From assembly GCA_004431415.1 (NCBI GenBank), contig QPMI01000160.1, forward strand, positions 62,001-126,000: a stretch of 64,000 bases of DNA, in the 5' to 3' direction. The DNA comes from Cyanophora paradoxa CCMP329. Taxonomy: Eukaryota > Plantae > Glaucophyta. Positions 1 through 10,664 of this stretch are shown here, piece after piece. The notes under the pieces are model-generated. The model was not told the DNA's origin. It made no database searches and saw nothing but the letters and a program-made list of their open reading frames with translations. The translations under genes were made by a program, and so were the position numbers. The number at the start of each line of letters is the position of its first letter. Within the stretch, counting starts at the first letter, position 1.

Positions 1-3000
1 GGCGAAATCTGTTATTTGCGCTCTTGTATGGGTATGTGCAAAATCTGTGATTTCTGATTTAGTGTGGGAATGAGGTCCAACTGATGTTGAAGCTGTTGGT
101 TTCCCATAAATATTATCCCAATGCAAGTATCCACTGTGTGAGGATACAGCAGGGTTCTTGCTCCAACCTACAAGACCCACAAGGTAAATCCTTCCTATTC
201 GCCCTTGAACACCCACTTTACTCAGCCCTTCACAATTTACCCCGACATATTGCCTATACTCTACACTTGGGTCACTACCAGGAGAATAAGCATTTACTCT
301 CGAAAGAGTATAGGAATTGGTTGATGGATAAACTCCTACAACATCAAAGTATCTACTATTGTATTGACACACATAGAAGATATAGCATGTTTTCATTCCC
401 GCGGGGACAGTCCATAACATCTTGTAGCCACTACAATCTTCATCACCAGAAGCCCATGTGTTTGCTCCTGAGTAAGGAGATATAAATGTGAAAAATCTCC
501 AATCGCCTGTGCGATCTGTGGAAAGACCATTTGTGGCATCAAAGTTAATGGGAGATGTGTATGTTGGTTTATTTATAAGATCATCATAATTCCCTGTTGT
601 TGCAACTGTTGCTAAGGTGGGTCTATCCGTAATATGGCTCCATAAATGTGTATGTAGGGATGGTGGAAATGTTAAAGGTTTATCTGTAATATCCTCCCAT
701 AAATGATTGTGAGTTTGAAGTGCGACTCCCAATTCTGTTTCATCCACATAGTTTTTACTTTGCAAATAATCATCTGTGACTACACCCGAAAGGGTCTCAT
801 TGTGTAAGTTTTTCGCCGCCATTCTCTGATTAACTTCTAAGGCGCCACCTGCTAATGTTTTAATCCACGCCATCTCACATTTCCCGAAATCATCTTTTGG
901 CTGTCCCGCAAGAGGTGCATAATTGAATTTGGAGCGACTAAATATTATTTTCGGTCTTGATCCATCGGTTGCGCTTACATCTGTTACGTTTACTTGTAAA
1001 ATGGCGTCTTTATCATCATAGCTTACTGGATCTAATGGAAGTGGAGGTAGACCTGCTGTTAATGGGATGTCATTGTTGTAATAACTTGTCAAAAAGATTC
1101 CTGGTTTGGTATCTATAACCCCCACCCCACCTGCTGAAACCATTTGTATTCTTGAAGGTTGTTTAATGTATAATTCGCCATCCATTGTGGTGCCTGCTTC
1201 AATTCCTTTTCGGTGTAAGTAGTAATCACTTAATTGTAATCTTTCAGGAATGGTGTCACTCTGATAGAAACTAACCCCATAAAATCCATCACCATTAACA
1301 ATATCACCTGTCGATGCAAAACGTGGTTTTTCATCTATTTCGTTCCATGGATGTCTGTGGTTAGAATTTGTGATTTGCGAATAATCATGAGTATGTGAAT
1401 CCGGAGGGAAGGTTAACGGAGGATTTGTGATATGCTCCCACAGATGTGTATGGGCGAAATCTGTGATTTGATCTTTTGTGTGAGTATGGGCGAAATCTGT
1501 GATTTGATCTTTTGTGTGAGAATGGGCGAAATCTGTGATTTGATCTTTTGTGTGAGTATGGGCGAAATCTGTGATTTGATCTTTTGTGTGAGAATGGGCG
1601 AAATCTGTTATTTGATCTTTTGTGTGAGTATGGGCGAAATCTGTTATTTGATCTTTTGTGTGAGTATGGGCGAAATCTGTGATCTGATCTTTGGTGTGAG
1701 TATGGGCGAAATCTGTAATTTGCGCTTTCGTGTGTGTGTGGTTTTGTATCCAACCTTGAACCACATTCGATGTTGGATGATGTGGTAAATTCGCATTACT
1801 TGTTACTGTGAGATTATCTATTATTGTTTCATGTGATATTATCTTTAATGCTCTGTAAAGTGTAAGAGATTGAGTGATTGGAAATCCATACATCATTTGG
1901 ATGTAATATCTTACTTCTTGTTTTTCTGCTATTGTCAATGCTCTATTGAAGACAAGCAATTCACTTATCGCCCCACCACCAATTGTCCCTAACCCAAAGT
2001 GATTTACCAATAAATCTGGTAAATAACTACTCCCTGTTGTCACGGTTCCAACATCAACGCCATTTAGTCCTACTGTTATGGAGTTTGCTGTAATTGTTTG
2101 GTCTGTGTAATACCATTTATTTACCAAAGATGGGACACTGATTATTGGGAGACTGGATGTTGGGACAACAGAATCATTTATCCACATGTTATTTACTCCA
2201 ATACTTGATGCTGTCCTTGTGCCGTAATACATTTGTCTATTTGGTTGAGATTGATTGAAGAAACGTAAATGTGTATCTGTGGTAGCAAATGTTTCATGAC
2301 ATCTCCCCACAAAGAAATACGTTAAGCCATTTGTAAAATCCACTGTTTTAGCTACTGGATAATTCGTAACTGCTAAAAAGTTTGTTCCGGAGGGAGTTGA
2401 GATACTGAACTGATTGTTGATTATAGCATTTGATGTAAAGATGGCGCTTGTTCCTGTTACTGTGATGGCTGGAATTAATGAACTTGAAGGTGACCTGTTG
2501 TAGAGGATTGAATTGTTTGCTGATTGACCTTGATTACCCAAAGCTTTCCATGCGAAAAGGCAATCGGGAATACTTAAAGCGGGATCATCGCTTGCTGTGA
2601 TGCGATAGTAATCTTTGTTAAATTCTTGCAATGTGTTTACATTAGCTGAGCCAATTGTTAGAATTCCATTCACTTTTAAGTTGCTGGTCTCAATGTTGCT
2701 ACTGTAAATATTACTATTAACTGTAAGGTCTCCTGTGATTGTCCCACCAACAAGTGGAAGATACTTAGATAATTCATCGGCAAGTTCAGGTTTTGTTACA
2801 TAATTTCCAAGCATCGCAAGAGTAACAAAATTAACGAGAATTACAGCCGTTAGGTAATCTTCCGTTACGATTCTTGAAATATCTTCATTGTGTATGTTTT
2901 TGGCGCTTGCTCTTTGATTGATTTCTAATAAACCTTCACCAACGCCACCGTTATATTTCGTTTTTATCCATGCTATCTCACATCGTCTATAATCATCTCG

Positions 3001-4812
3001 ATCTCCTATAAAAGTATTTGGTAAAAGACGCTGCCGACTAAATACTAATTTGGGTCTCGATTGGTCAAAGTCGCTAACATCTGTTACATTAATTTGTATT
3101 GCTGCGTCTTTGTTATCGCAACTATTTGGATCTAATGGAAGTGACGGTAGCGGAGGTAATACATCTGTCATCTCGATATCCTCAGGAAAGTAACTTGTTA
3201 GATATATTCCGGGTTTTGTCTCATACAAACCAAAATTACCACTAACTGGTAAGATCCCATCTCTTCTGGGTGGTCTAATGTATAATTCGGCTTCCATTCC
3301 TGTGCCTGCTTCTATTCCCATGCGATTAAGGTAGTGGTCATTTAATTGTAATCTTTCTTCGATTTCTATGTTTCGGTAGAGACTTACGCCATGTTGGAAA
3401 TCTGTTAATATATTTCCTGCCGATGCGAAAGTAGGTTGCTCATCGATTTCGTCCCAATTATGCCTATGGTCTTCTGGTGGGAACTGTTCTGGTATTCCGT
3501 CAATGTCATCCCAATCATGTCTATGGTCTTCTGGTGGAAATCTTTCTGGTTTATTATCGATTTCGTCCCAATCATGTCTATGGTCTTCTGGTGGAAATCT
3601 ATCCGGTTTATTATCTATTTCATCCCAATCGTGAGTATGGGGATCAGGAGGATATGTTTCAGGTTTATTTCGGATGTCTTCCCAATTAATGATAAAATCA
3701 AATAGATCGGGAGCGAATCCATCAGGTAACAGCTGCTCGTCGTAAGGCTCGTAGCGATCATAAGTTACAAGATTTGGGTCGAAACCATCTGGTAAGACAT
3801 TATCCTCTTCAAATCGCCTATCTTCAAGAGGTATAACATTTACATCTGGTGATAAAAGCTCCTCAGCTGGTTGTTTGTAATCTGTAAATACTGGTTTGTT
3901 TCTGACTTTTTCCCAGCTAACTATGTGCTGCCCAAAGGCTACATTTTCCTCTGCTGTGTATTCCCTCCCAGGTTGCTTCTTTGGTGTCAGGTCAGGTGGA
4001 TCCCACGGAAGCGGAAAGGGGACAGGAACAGGACCGTAATGCTCAAAGATTTCCCTTATAGTTTTCTCACTGACAAGCTTTTCACCATTGGCATACACAT
4101 TGCTTCCATGGATATTTCGCCACTGCCTCGTCCTGATTCCAAGGTCTTTTGTGTTTGTGACCAAAGGTAAAAGGTGCCTATCCATTTCGACAAGATCAGG
4201 GTGTAAATGGATTGCTACTGGTTGAGTGGGGCTGCTGTTGATGGTAATTGATGGCTTTTTCTGGTGGACATCATTTGGAGTAAAAAACCCAAACGGCTCA
4301 TTCCTCGCAAAGTCATATGTAATATCCTTGGGGTATACATCATTAGTTGAACAGACTTGATTTGTGTTCTGGAAATGGCCCACTTGTAATACTTGGGGAA
4401 CCTCTGTTTTTGTGGTGCTGCCCTCATTATAAATTCTTAAACCCGTGTTCTGTTTGCCCTGCTCATCTTGTACATTGAAAATCAAACGGCCACTATCACA
4501 CCTTGATGGTATGTCTGGATGGGTTCCACTTGGTTTAAGTTTTCTGGGTCTCTTTCTGGTTGCTTTGATCTCTGCTACTTGATTGGCTTTTACATTGCCC
4601 AAACTAAAAGCTACACTGACATCTTCCTTGTCTGGATCGGTCTGATTTAAGGAAAGAGCATGCTCCCTTGATTGAGTCTTTGAAGAACTGTCAGAGCTGT
4701 GGTCGATTGATATTGAACCTTTAACTTTTATATTATCAAAGTTCACATGCTTTGTGCTGCTGGAATTATCATCTTGAATTGTTTCCAGATTAGGGGGGTA
4801 ATTAAAGCTCAT
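1..4812 (-). CDS. Giant fibre/tail-fibre-like protein, >=1604 aa, 3' end beyond window
   Basis: ATG at 4812 (MSFNYPPNLETIQ...). Every segment I translated is open, the frame reaches position 1, and the ORF track lists no stop-terminated ORF in this frame. Contains HTHTKDQITDFA repeats, HxHxWxxIxxKP repeats, YLPLVGGTITGDL and LATVATTGNYDDLINKP phage-fibre motifs, and a LamG-like domain (ISELLVFNRALT). Confidence 0.85.
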   Translation of the reverse strand, partial: MSFNYPPNLETIQDDNSSSTKHVNFDNIKVKGSISIDHSSDSSSKTQSREHALSLNQTDPDKEDVSVAFSLGNVKANQVAEIKATRKRPRKLKPSGTHPDIPSRCDSGRLIFNVQDEQGKQNTGLRIYNEGSTTKTEVPQVLQVGHFQNTNQVCSTNDVYPKDITYDFARNEPFGFFTPNDVHQKKPSITINSSPTQPVAIHLHPDLVEMDRHLLPLVTNTKDLGIRTRQWRNIHGSNVYANGEKLVSEKTIREIFEHYGPVPVPFPLPWDPPDLTPKKQPGREYTAEENVAFGQHIVSWEKVRNKPVFTDYKQPAEELLSPDVNVIPLEDRRFEEDNVLPDGFDPNLVTYDRYEPYDEQLLPDGFAPDLFDFIINWEDIRNKPETYPPDPHTHDWDEIDNKPDRFPPEDHRHDWDEIDNKPERFPPEDHRHDWDDIDGIPEQFPPEDHRHNWDEIDEQPTFASAGNILTDFQHGVSLYRNIEIEERLQLNDHYLNRMGIEAGTGMEAELYIRPPRRDGILPVSGNFGLYETKPGIYLTSYFPEDIEMTDVLPPLPSLPLDPNSCDNKDAAIQINVTDVSDFDQSRPKLVFSRQRLLPNTFIGDRDDYRRCEIAWIKTKYNGGVGEGLLEINQRASAKNIHNEDISRIVTEDYLTAVILVNFVTLAMLGNYVTKPELADELSKYLPLVGGTITGDLTVNSNIYSSNIETSNLKVNGILTIGSANVNTLQEFNKDYYRITASDDPALSIPDCLFAWKALGNQGQSANNSILYNRSPSSSLIPAITVTGTSAIFTSNAIINNQFSISTPSGTNFLAVTNYPVAKTVDFTNGLTYFFVGRCHETFATTDTHLRFFNQSQPNRQMYYGTRTASSIGVNNMWINDSVVPTSSLPIISVPSLVNKWYYTDQTITANSITVGLNGVDVGTVTTGSSYLPDLLVNHFGLGTIGGGAISELLVFNRALTIAEKQEVRYYIQMMYGFPITQSLTLYRALKIISHETIIDNLTVTSNANLPHHPTSNVVQGWIQNHTHTKAQITDFAHTHTKDQITDFAHTHTKDQITDFAHTHTKDQITDFAHSHTKDQITDFAHTHTKDQITDFAHSHTKDQITDFAHTHTKDQITDFAHTHLWEHITNPPLTFPPDSHTHDYSQITNSNHRHPWNEIDEKPRFASTGDIVNGDGFYGVSFYQSDTIPERLQLSDYYLHRKGIEAGTTMDGELYIKQPSRIQMVSAGGVGVIDTKPGIFLTSYYNNDIPLTAGLPPLPLDPVSYDDKDAILQVNVTDVSATDGSRPKIIFSRSKFNYAPLAGQPKDDFGKCEMAWIKTLAGGALEVNQRMAAKNLHNETLSGVVTDDYLQSKNYVDETELGVALQTHNHLWEDITDKPLTFPPSLHTHLWSHITDRPTLATVATTGNYDDLINKPTYTSPINFDATNGLSTDRTGDWRFFTFISPYSGANTWASGDEDCSGYKMLWTVPAGMKTCYIFYVCQYNSRYFDVVGVYPSTNSYTLSRVNAYSPGSDPSVEYRQYVGVNCEGLSKVGVQGRIGRIYLVGLVGWSKNPAVSSHSGYLHWDNIYGKPTASTSVGPHSHTKSEITDFAHTHTRAQITDFA
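1445..1740 (-). repeat. 36-bp coding tandem repeat, 8 copies (HTHTKDQITDFA)
   Basis: ATGGGCGAAATC recurs at 1450, 1486, ... 1702. In frame with the fibre ORF. The same repeat restarts at 1-70. Confidence 0.95.
3440..3690 (-). repeat. 60-bp coding repeat, ~4 copies (HRHDWDEIDNKPERFPPED-type)
   Basis: TCCCAATCATGTCTATGGTCTTCTGGTGG and variants recur at a 60-bp period inside the fibre ORF. Confidence 0.85.
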
Positions 4813-4855
4813 GGCTTTTACTATATGGATTTATAAAATTCCTTATAAGTATTAG

Positions 4856-6412
4856 ATGCCTCACAAAATAGTCCTTAGTTTGTCAGGTGGCGGGGCAAGG
4901 GGCATTATCATTACCAGACTGCTCAAAGAAATCGAAAATCGAACTGGCAGGCGAATCATTGACCTTGTGGATCTTGTGAGTGGAACTTCCACGGGTGGGA
5001 TCATTGCCATTGGGTTGAACATCAGGCATCCAGATAGGGCAGGCGAACCCAAACTCACAGCCAGTGATTTACATAATATATACCTCACTCAGCTGCCCTT
5101 GATTTTCGCGAATCCTCGAAATATAATCGAAAATGCCCTTTTTAACACCAAGTATGATGTGGCTCCTTTGGAAAGCGCAATCTATTCTGTTACTGGCGAA
5201 TCTCTCATTCAAGATTCCTTAAAGGACATTGTGATTACTTCGTTTGATACTCAGTACATGAAACCTATATTTATCACAAATGATAACAACTACAACTTTC
5301 TGCCCTGTAAAATAGCAGCAAGGGCTACCTCTGCTGCTCCCACCTACTTTTCTCCTGTGAGTATAGTTGATTTTAATCGAGGGGTAACTGCTTGCCTTAT
5401 TGATGGTGCTATTTCAGGAAACAATAACCCAAGTGTGTGTGGCTATAGCCATGCGAGGAAGATTTACAGTGATGATGATGACATTATAGTTATAAGCATC
5501 TCTTGTGGTGAGGTAGACCCATATTTAGAGTCTGATTATTTCGGCTATGGTTATGAGACTGTGAATAGTTGGGGCATTCTCTCATGGATTGCCTCAACAG
5601 ATGGAAGCCCATTGATCAACATGCTCATGGCAGCAAGTGAGCTGTCAGCTCTTGACAAAATGGAGGAGTTGCTACCTTACAACTACGATCAGGATTATGG
5701 GAGGTACTATAGGCTATCTGTTCCTCTTCCAAATCACATAGTCAAGTCCCTTGATGATACCTCTAAAATCCCCGACATGCTTGCGTTCACTGAGACATAC
5801 ATAGCAGCAAACAACACCATGATTAATAAGCTTTGCGATTTGCTGGTAGCAAACTATGAATTAAAGAACCCATCAAAAGCTTACATCTCTTCCACTCTCA
5901 CCCTGTCACCACCTTTGGATGCTAATTGGTACAAACTTGCTGATGATGCCTTTACTGCCTCCTCCTCTGTGATAGGTAAAGAGCCCCACATGGCTCGACC
6001 TTCATCATTTGGCTGGGAAGCTGGGGCATTTGCTCCAGAGCAGATATGGGAGACCCCCACTGAGTACCTTCAAGTTGCTTTCCCATATACGTTTGAACTC
6101 TCTTCAGTGGTTGTCTATGGGTCAGGGGACACCAATGCTTTCATAAAGACTTTCAATGTGGCTACATCAACTAATGGGGTCAACTGGTCTTTTATTCGAG
6201 CAGAGGGGCAGAACAAAACATTTGTATGTGAGAACATAAACAATGCTAATAATTCCGGCGATGTGGCTTTATTAAATGGTTACCCTCTCACCATCAAGGA
6301 TGCTTTCTACGTAGGGTTCTCTTTGAGAATAAAGTATGTTCGCATTTATCCCCTTGTTTATGTCAATGCTCCCACAATGAGAGTCGATTTTACAGGTGCG
6401 TTTATTCGATAA
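4856..6412 (+). CDS. Patatin-like phospholipase fused to C-terminal F5/8 type C (discoidin) domain
   Basis: GGGARG oxyanion loop, GTSTGG nucleophile elbow, ATSAAPTYF and DGA motifs. C-terminus has EYLQV, STNGVNW, KYVRIYP and MRVDFTG, typical of discoidin domains. Confidence 0.9.
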   Translation: MPHKIVLSLSGGGARGIIITRLLKEIENRTGRRIIDLVDLVSGTSTGGIIAIGLNIRHPDRAGEPKLTASDLHNIYLTQLPLIFANPRNIIENALFNTKYDVAPLESAIYSVTGESLIQDSLKDIVITSFDTQYMKPIFITNDNNYNFLPCKIAARATSAAPTYFSPVSIVDFNRGVTACLIDGAISGNNNPSVCGYSHARKIYSDDDDIIVISISCGEVDPYLESDYFGYGYETVNSWGILSWIASTDGSPLINMLMAASELSALDKMEELLPYNYDQDYGRYYRLSVPLPNHIVKSLDDTSKIPDMLAFTETYIAANNTMINKLCDLLVANYELKNPSKAYISSTLTLSPPLDANWYKLADDAFTASSSVIGKEPHMARPSSFGWEAGAFAPEQIWETPTEYLQVAFPYTFELSSVVVYGSGDTNAFIKTFNVATSTNGVNWSFIRAEGQNKTFVCENINNANNSGDVALLNGYPLTIKDAFYVGFSLRIKYVRIYPLVYVNAPTMRVDFTGAFIR

Positions 6413-7337
6413 ACTCGAGCTGAAAAGAATTGTCAATTCCATTCATGTCAATGATGTCACCAAAGTAGTCTCTAAACTCAACTGTTAATTCCCTTACCAC
6501 CAGATGTCGGTCATTAATTCGAATAAACTCCCCATGTTCACCATTATAGTAAACATAGCCTCCTATATCCTTGCTTAATTGGAGTCTCAGTATGGCGCCT
6601 TGGTTTTGTGGCTGTGATTTTGGGACTATATTATGTCTGCTGGCAAAGGGAGCGAGTTCTTTGACATGTAAATAAAGGTACTGCTCAGCGTTCATATCTG
6701 CCATCTTATTGCTGTAATAAACATATCTAAGAGGTGTGGACGAAAGTCTGGATCCCGAAAAGGTAGTTCCCCACAATGGGTGATTGAGTGTGATAGGTTT
6801 GCCATCATACTTTAGAAAATTCTCAGGGCGATATGGAGATTGAGAGGGCGAATTGTCATCCATAAATGAAGACTGGAACTCAGTTGAGCTTAAACCCAAT
6901 AGCTTACCAATGCGCTTATTGCTTGCTTTTATACGGAAAAATCTGTTACTGTAGAACTCCACTTTATAAGTGGTTGGATTGTAGAATAATTTGAATTCGA
7001 AAGCAACTGTTTTTCCTGCTATAGTTTCCTCATAGAACACATAGTTCAATCCATAGTTGTATGGTTGGGTGACCCCGAAATGACCCTGATTGATATAACC
7101 GGTTGGCAAGGGGGAAATGTTGTAAGTTACTGTTTCAGTGACAGAACTATCCTGGTAGGTGAATTCCACTATTAAATGATCTGTTCCCACACTATTGTAA
7201 ATGCTGTTTGGAATTTCTGCGTAAATAACCCTACACTCTCGAGGTCTCTCTACTGGAGTTGTGAGGGTGACCCTGTAAGAGTTTTCGGTTTCACCTTGGC
7301 TGCGATCCCTGCTATCAACATTGACAAGCCGGTTCAT
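6402..7337 (-). CDS. Minor capsid protein (penton-like, single jelly-roll) 1
   Basis: N-terminal VDSRDR...AEIPNSIYN and C-terminal LTVEFRDYFGDIIDMNGIDNSFQLEF resemble PLV/NCLDV penton signatures. Adjacent to MCP. Confidence 0.75.
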   Translation of the reverse strand: MNRLVNVDSRDRSQGETENSYRVTLTTPVERPRECRVIYAEIPNSIYNSVGTDHLIVEFTYQDSSVTETVTYNISPLPTGYINQGHFGVTQPYNYGLNYVFYEETIAGKTVAFEFKLFYNPTTYKVEFYSNRFFRIKASNKRIGKLLGLSSTEFQSSFMDDNSPSQSPYRPENFLKYDGKPITLNHPLWGTTFSGSRLSSTPLRYVYYSNKMADMNAEQYLYLHVKELAPFASRHNIVPKSQPQNQGAILRLQLSKDIGGYVYYNGEHGEFIRINDRHLVVRELTVEFRDYFGDIIDMNGIDNSFQLEFIE

Positions 7338-7366
7338 TTTAATATATGAATATAGATAAAAGGAGA

Positions 7367-8377
7367 ATGCCCGTGGACTACATTGAGGTGAGCTCTTTTA
7401 ATACAATCTCTGGTGACGGTCCTACTTCAAGCTTTGTAGCTCGACTTCCAAACATATATGAGAATGTTAGGGCTGTCAGGCTGGTCTCAGCCGAATTTTA
7501 TAATAGTATCCCTATGGTGAGTGGTGAAACGCAACCAGGGGATATTACAATTGATAATTCATTCAGCATTTTTTGGAGTGAAGAATTCGATGGTGCTGGC
7601 ATTGATGGCATTCCAACTACTCGACCAGCGGCCGGCTTTGAACCTTGGAAGCAATTAATCATAAGTCGCAAAAAACCCATTCAAAGCCACCAGCAATTGG
7701 TAAATGTAATTAATGCGAAATTCGATGATAGAGAGCCGGAACCATCTATTCGCTGTAAATGGGATGAGTCACTAAAACGGATTATATTCCACTCAGAGAA
7801 ACCTTTCTATTTAGCCTTCTCTAACGCTGGAAATCCAAACCAGAAAACGATCCAAAAGTTACTGAGTGCTGCCCGATTGCTTGGTCTTGATCCCGGAAGA
7901 TATGGAAATTCCCCAATTCAATCACAGGTTTATAATGCTCTTACTGATGGCATCTTTACTGGTGAACGGGTGAATGGTATTATATCTTCGTTTGAGCCTG
8001 AAAAGACAAGGGACAGTGTTTTATTTGTCAGAGTAAAAGAGTTGGGTGATCTGGTTCAGTGTGGGGATGGTCTCCTGACTGGTTACTTCCACAAAATCGT
8101 GGTTCCTGACAAGGACTATGGTGAGCATGTGGTTTACAATTCGACAGAATCCCACCCACTTTACAAATACTATAACAAAAAAATGAGTTTGTCTACATTC
8201 TCTGTGGATATAGTAAATGCTATAAACGAACCAATTGATTTTGAGGGTCAACCTGTCCACCTCACATTTGAAATTCGCTATGGGGACGAGCCAGCAGGTG
8301 ACCCTCTCTATGAATACTTTAAGATGCGGATGTCGCAAAGTCATCCAACATATCCGGTCATTGCGAGTTTCGGGTAA
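7367..8377 (+). CDS. Minor capsid protein (penton-like) 2
   Basis: LPNIYENVRAVRLVSAEFYNS and LSTFSVDIVNAINEPIDFEGQPVHLTFEI motifs. Start at 7367 (after TATAG) preferred over 7346. Confidence 0.72.
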   Translation: MPVDYIEVSSFNTISGDGPTSSFVARLPNIYENVRAVRLVSAEFYNSIPMVSGETQPGDITIDNSFSIFWSEEFDGAGIDGIPTTRPAAGFEPWKQLIISRKKPIQSHQQLVNVINAKFDDREPEPSIRCKWDESLKRIIFHSEKPFYLAFSNAGNPNQKTIQKLLSAARLLGLDPGRYGNSPIQSQVYNALTDGIFTGERVNGIISSFEPEKTRDSVLFVRVKELGDLVQCGDGLLTGYFHKIVVPDKDYGEHVVYNSTESHPLYKYYNKKMSLSTFSVDIVNAINEPIDFEGQPVHLTFEIRYGDEPAGDPLYEYFKMRMSQSHPTYPVIASFG

Positions 8378-8431
8378 ACACAAGGATCATTCGTAATTTT
8401 TTTATGTTACAGTATAATAAAAGCGAAAATC

Positions 8432-9800
8432 ATGGATATTACGTCGACCCTCCAGCGCCTTTCGTTGAAAGAAGCCCTAACAACCCAGAGGAGGCCAAGG
8501 CCTTCTTTCTGGATAACTCCCTTATGCTTGGTCTTGAATCCAAGTCTAAGCCCGTTCTTGTTGTTGTGAACCCGAGCAATACTTTTGAAAATAATGTTGG
8601 AAATCGCATTTCATTCAAACTCCCTCGCTACAATTTCTGTGGCAAACTCGAACTTGCCTTTGACCTTCCAGCTATCACTTTTGGTGATGCGGATCTTGTT
8701 CGGAATGGGTACACTCGCCCAGTGGGTGCTTTGGTTCAGCGACTTGAAATTACCTATGGGTCATACACCTACCATATCCCTTCTGATTTCCTTGCTCATT
8801 TCCCTCTTGTCTATTATAGTGAGGATCAACTTGCCAAAAAGAAGCGGTCAATGGGTATGCTTCACGGCATCCCCGCCCATGGAACCAACCGACTTGGTGG
8901 TTCTTTCTTCGTCGAAATTCCTGTGCCTTGGCTAAACCACTACCTGCCTCTTGGTGCTCTGTCTGGTGAAATGGTAGTAACTGTTTGGTTCAAGGATGTA
9001 GGGAAGGGTTATGTTGAGACTTCTTATGGTGGTCGTACTCTTCCTAAGGCTGGGGACACAGCCATTGATGGGGACAAGGACGATGGGCTTGGCGTCGCAC
9101 CTGCTGAATCTGTGCTGGCACATGTTGGCCAAAACATCACCACTTTCAATCTTGGTGCGCCGAGCACTGAAATTACAATTACTTCTCCTCGCCTTTACAT
9201 GTATGCTGTTAATGTGTCTGATGAGCTTTTTGCTACTGTTATTGAGAAGGTAAAGACAACTGGCATGGCTATCCCTGCTCTGGATATTGGATTTGTGGAT
9301 GTCAGTGATATGAAAGCAAGGGTGGTGCCCAACCCAATCGAGTTAACCTCTCCCAAATCTCAGGTCTCGTTTATGCTCTGCTTGTTTCAGTTCGTGATAA
9401 CGCTAATGTTGACAAAGCAAATGGTTCCCACAGTGTACTTAAGACCTACTCCAACTCCAAAGAGATCACATTCACAATTGAAATAAACGGCCAGCGACTT
9501 TATGCCACTGAGCCTATTCCACTGCTCAAGGGTGCTGAGCTGATTGCTGATGTCTTCAAATGCTCTAATATGGATAAGGTTGCTGATCGCTATGTTCTTT
9601 CAGGGCTGCCATTCTGTCTTGATGGTGAAAAGGCTATTCGCAATATTGCCCAGTCTGGCTATGTTGACCTGACCAATTCTTCATCTTCATTCCTCACTCT
9701 CTACATGCCCACTGACAAGGCAATTGATGTCAATGTTCGCGCTCTCATGCACAGCTTTATCATAGTGGACAAGGACGGGCTGCGGCGGATCAATCTATAA
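8432..9800 (+). CDS. Major capsid protein (double jelly-roll), ~457 aa, with two apparent -1 indels
   Basis: Lies between penton and ATPase; beta-rich motifs ISFKLPRYNF, LPLGALSGEM, IEINGQRL, SGYVDLTN. Adding one base at C-run 8484-8486 and G-run 9320-9322 joins the ATG at 8432 and ORFs 8404-9486 and 9570-9800 into one frame. Confidence 0.75.
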
Positions 9801-9853
9801 ACCATATTCAGTCACATCGTATTATTTTTATCTGGTTCTTTATAGAAGGAAGC

Positions 9854-10636
9854 ATGGGCGACTTGGACGAATTTAATGCTGGTGAGATGATAAATCCCCC
9901 TTTCCGCGTTTTGGCAATTGGCAAATCTGCTACTGGTAAATCAGAGGCTGTAAAGTATTGGCTCAAGCAGCTTCATGATGCCAAAAAGATTGATGTCGTC
10001 CTTGTAATCAGTGGAACGGCTTTTAACAACTTTTGGAACAATGTAGCAAGTGTTCAGCTTGGCAAATGGGATGCTCCTTACATTGAAAAGGTTCTGGAAG
10101 ATCGACAACAGAAAATAGAAAAAGGAGAGCCGATTAATCAACTCTTAGTTGTACTGGACGATCTAATTGATAATGACTTGGTCGATCTCACTCGCGATAA
10201 AATAATCAACAAATTGTACTCTATGGGCAGACATTTGAAAATATCTATTATCTGTATCACACAAAAGCTAAGGAAAGTCTCATCGACCATTCGCGTCAAC
10301 TCAGATTATGCTATGTTCCTAAGCGCTGCCAATAGAAAGGAGCTTGAAGCCATTGAGGAAGAATATAATATAATGCGGGACAAAGATGTTTTCTATAAAA
10401 TGTTTGAAGAGTACGTTCATTCCTACCAGTTCCTAATTTGGTCATCTGCCGATTATTCTGTGAAATATTTCGTAGATAAAGCGGATTTGGTCAAAGATTT
10501 CCCATTTCCACGGTTCCACAGGAAGCCAAAAAAGAAAGAAGATGAGCTTAAACCACCAGAGAAAGAAGAGGGGCGCAAAGAAGTGAAAAGCCAAGTTCAT
10601 AGTAATAAGTTAATGCGATATAAACGCGGTCTATAA
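9854..10636 (+). CDS. A32/FtsK-HerA family DNA packaging ATPase
   Basis: Walker A GKSATGKS, Walker B LLVVLDD, GRH motif, ITQ and IRVN motifs. Confidence 0.92.
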   Translation: MGDLDEFNAGEMINPPFRVLAIGKSATGKSEAVKYWLKQLHDAKKIDVVLVISGTAFNNFWNNVASVQLGKWDAPYIEKVLEDRQQKIEKGEPINQLLVVLDDLIDNDLVDLTRDKIINKLYSMGRHLKISIICITQKLRKVSSTIRVNSDYAMFLSAANRKELEAIEEEYNIMRDKDVFYKMFEEYVHSYQFLIWSSADYSVKYFVDKADLVKDFPFPRFHRKPKKKEDELKPPEKEEGRKEVKSQVHSNKLMRYKRGL

Positions 10637-10664
10637 AAATATCTCTCACTTTAATAAAGACACA

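Noticed and set aside
1445-1740. CRISPR-like 36-bp repeats
   Set aside because: Head-to-tail with no spacers; they encode in-frame fibre repeats.
84-4427. Short ORFs listed in 84-4427
   Set aside because: Shadow frames of the long minus-strand fibre ORF.
8404-9800. Programmed frameshifting or true pseudogenisation of MCP
   Set aside because: Indels lie in short homopolymers and the same error type distinguishes the duplicated pPolB copies; sequencing error is more parsimonious.
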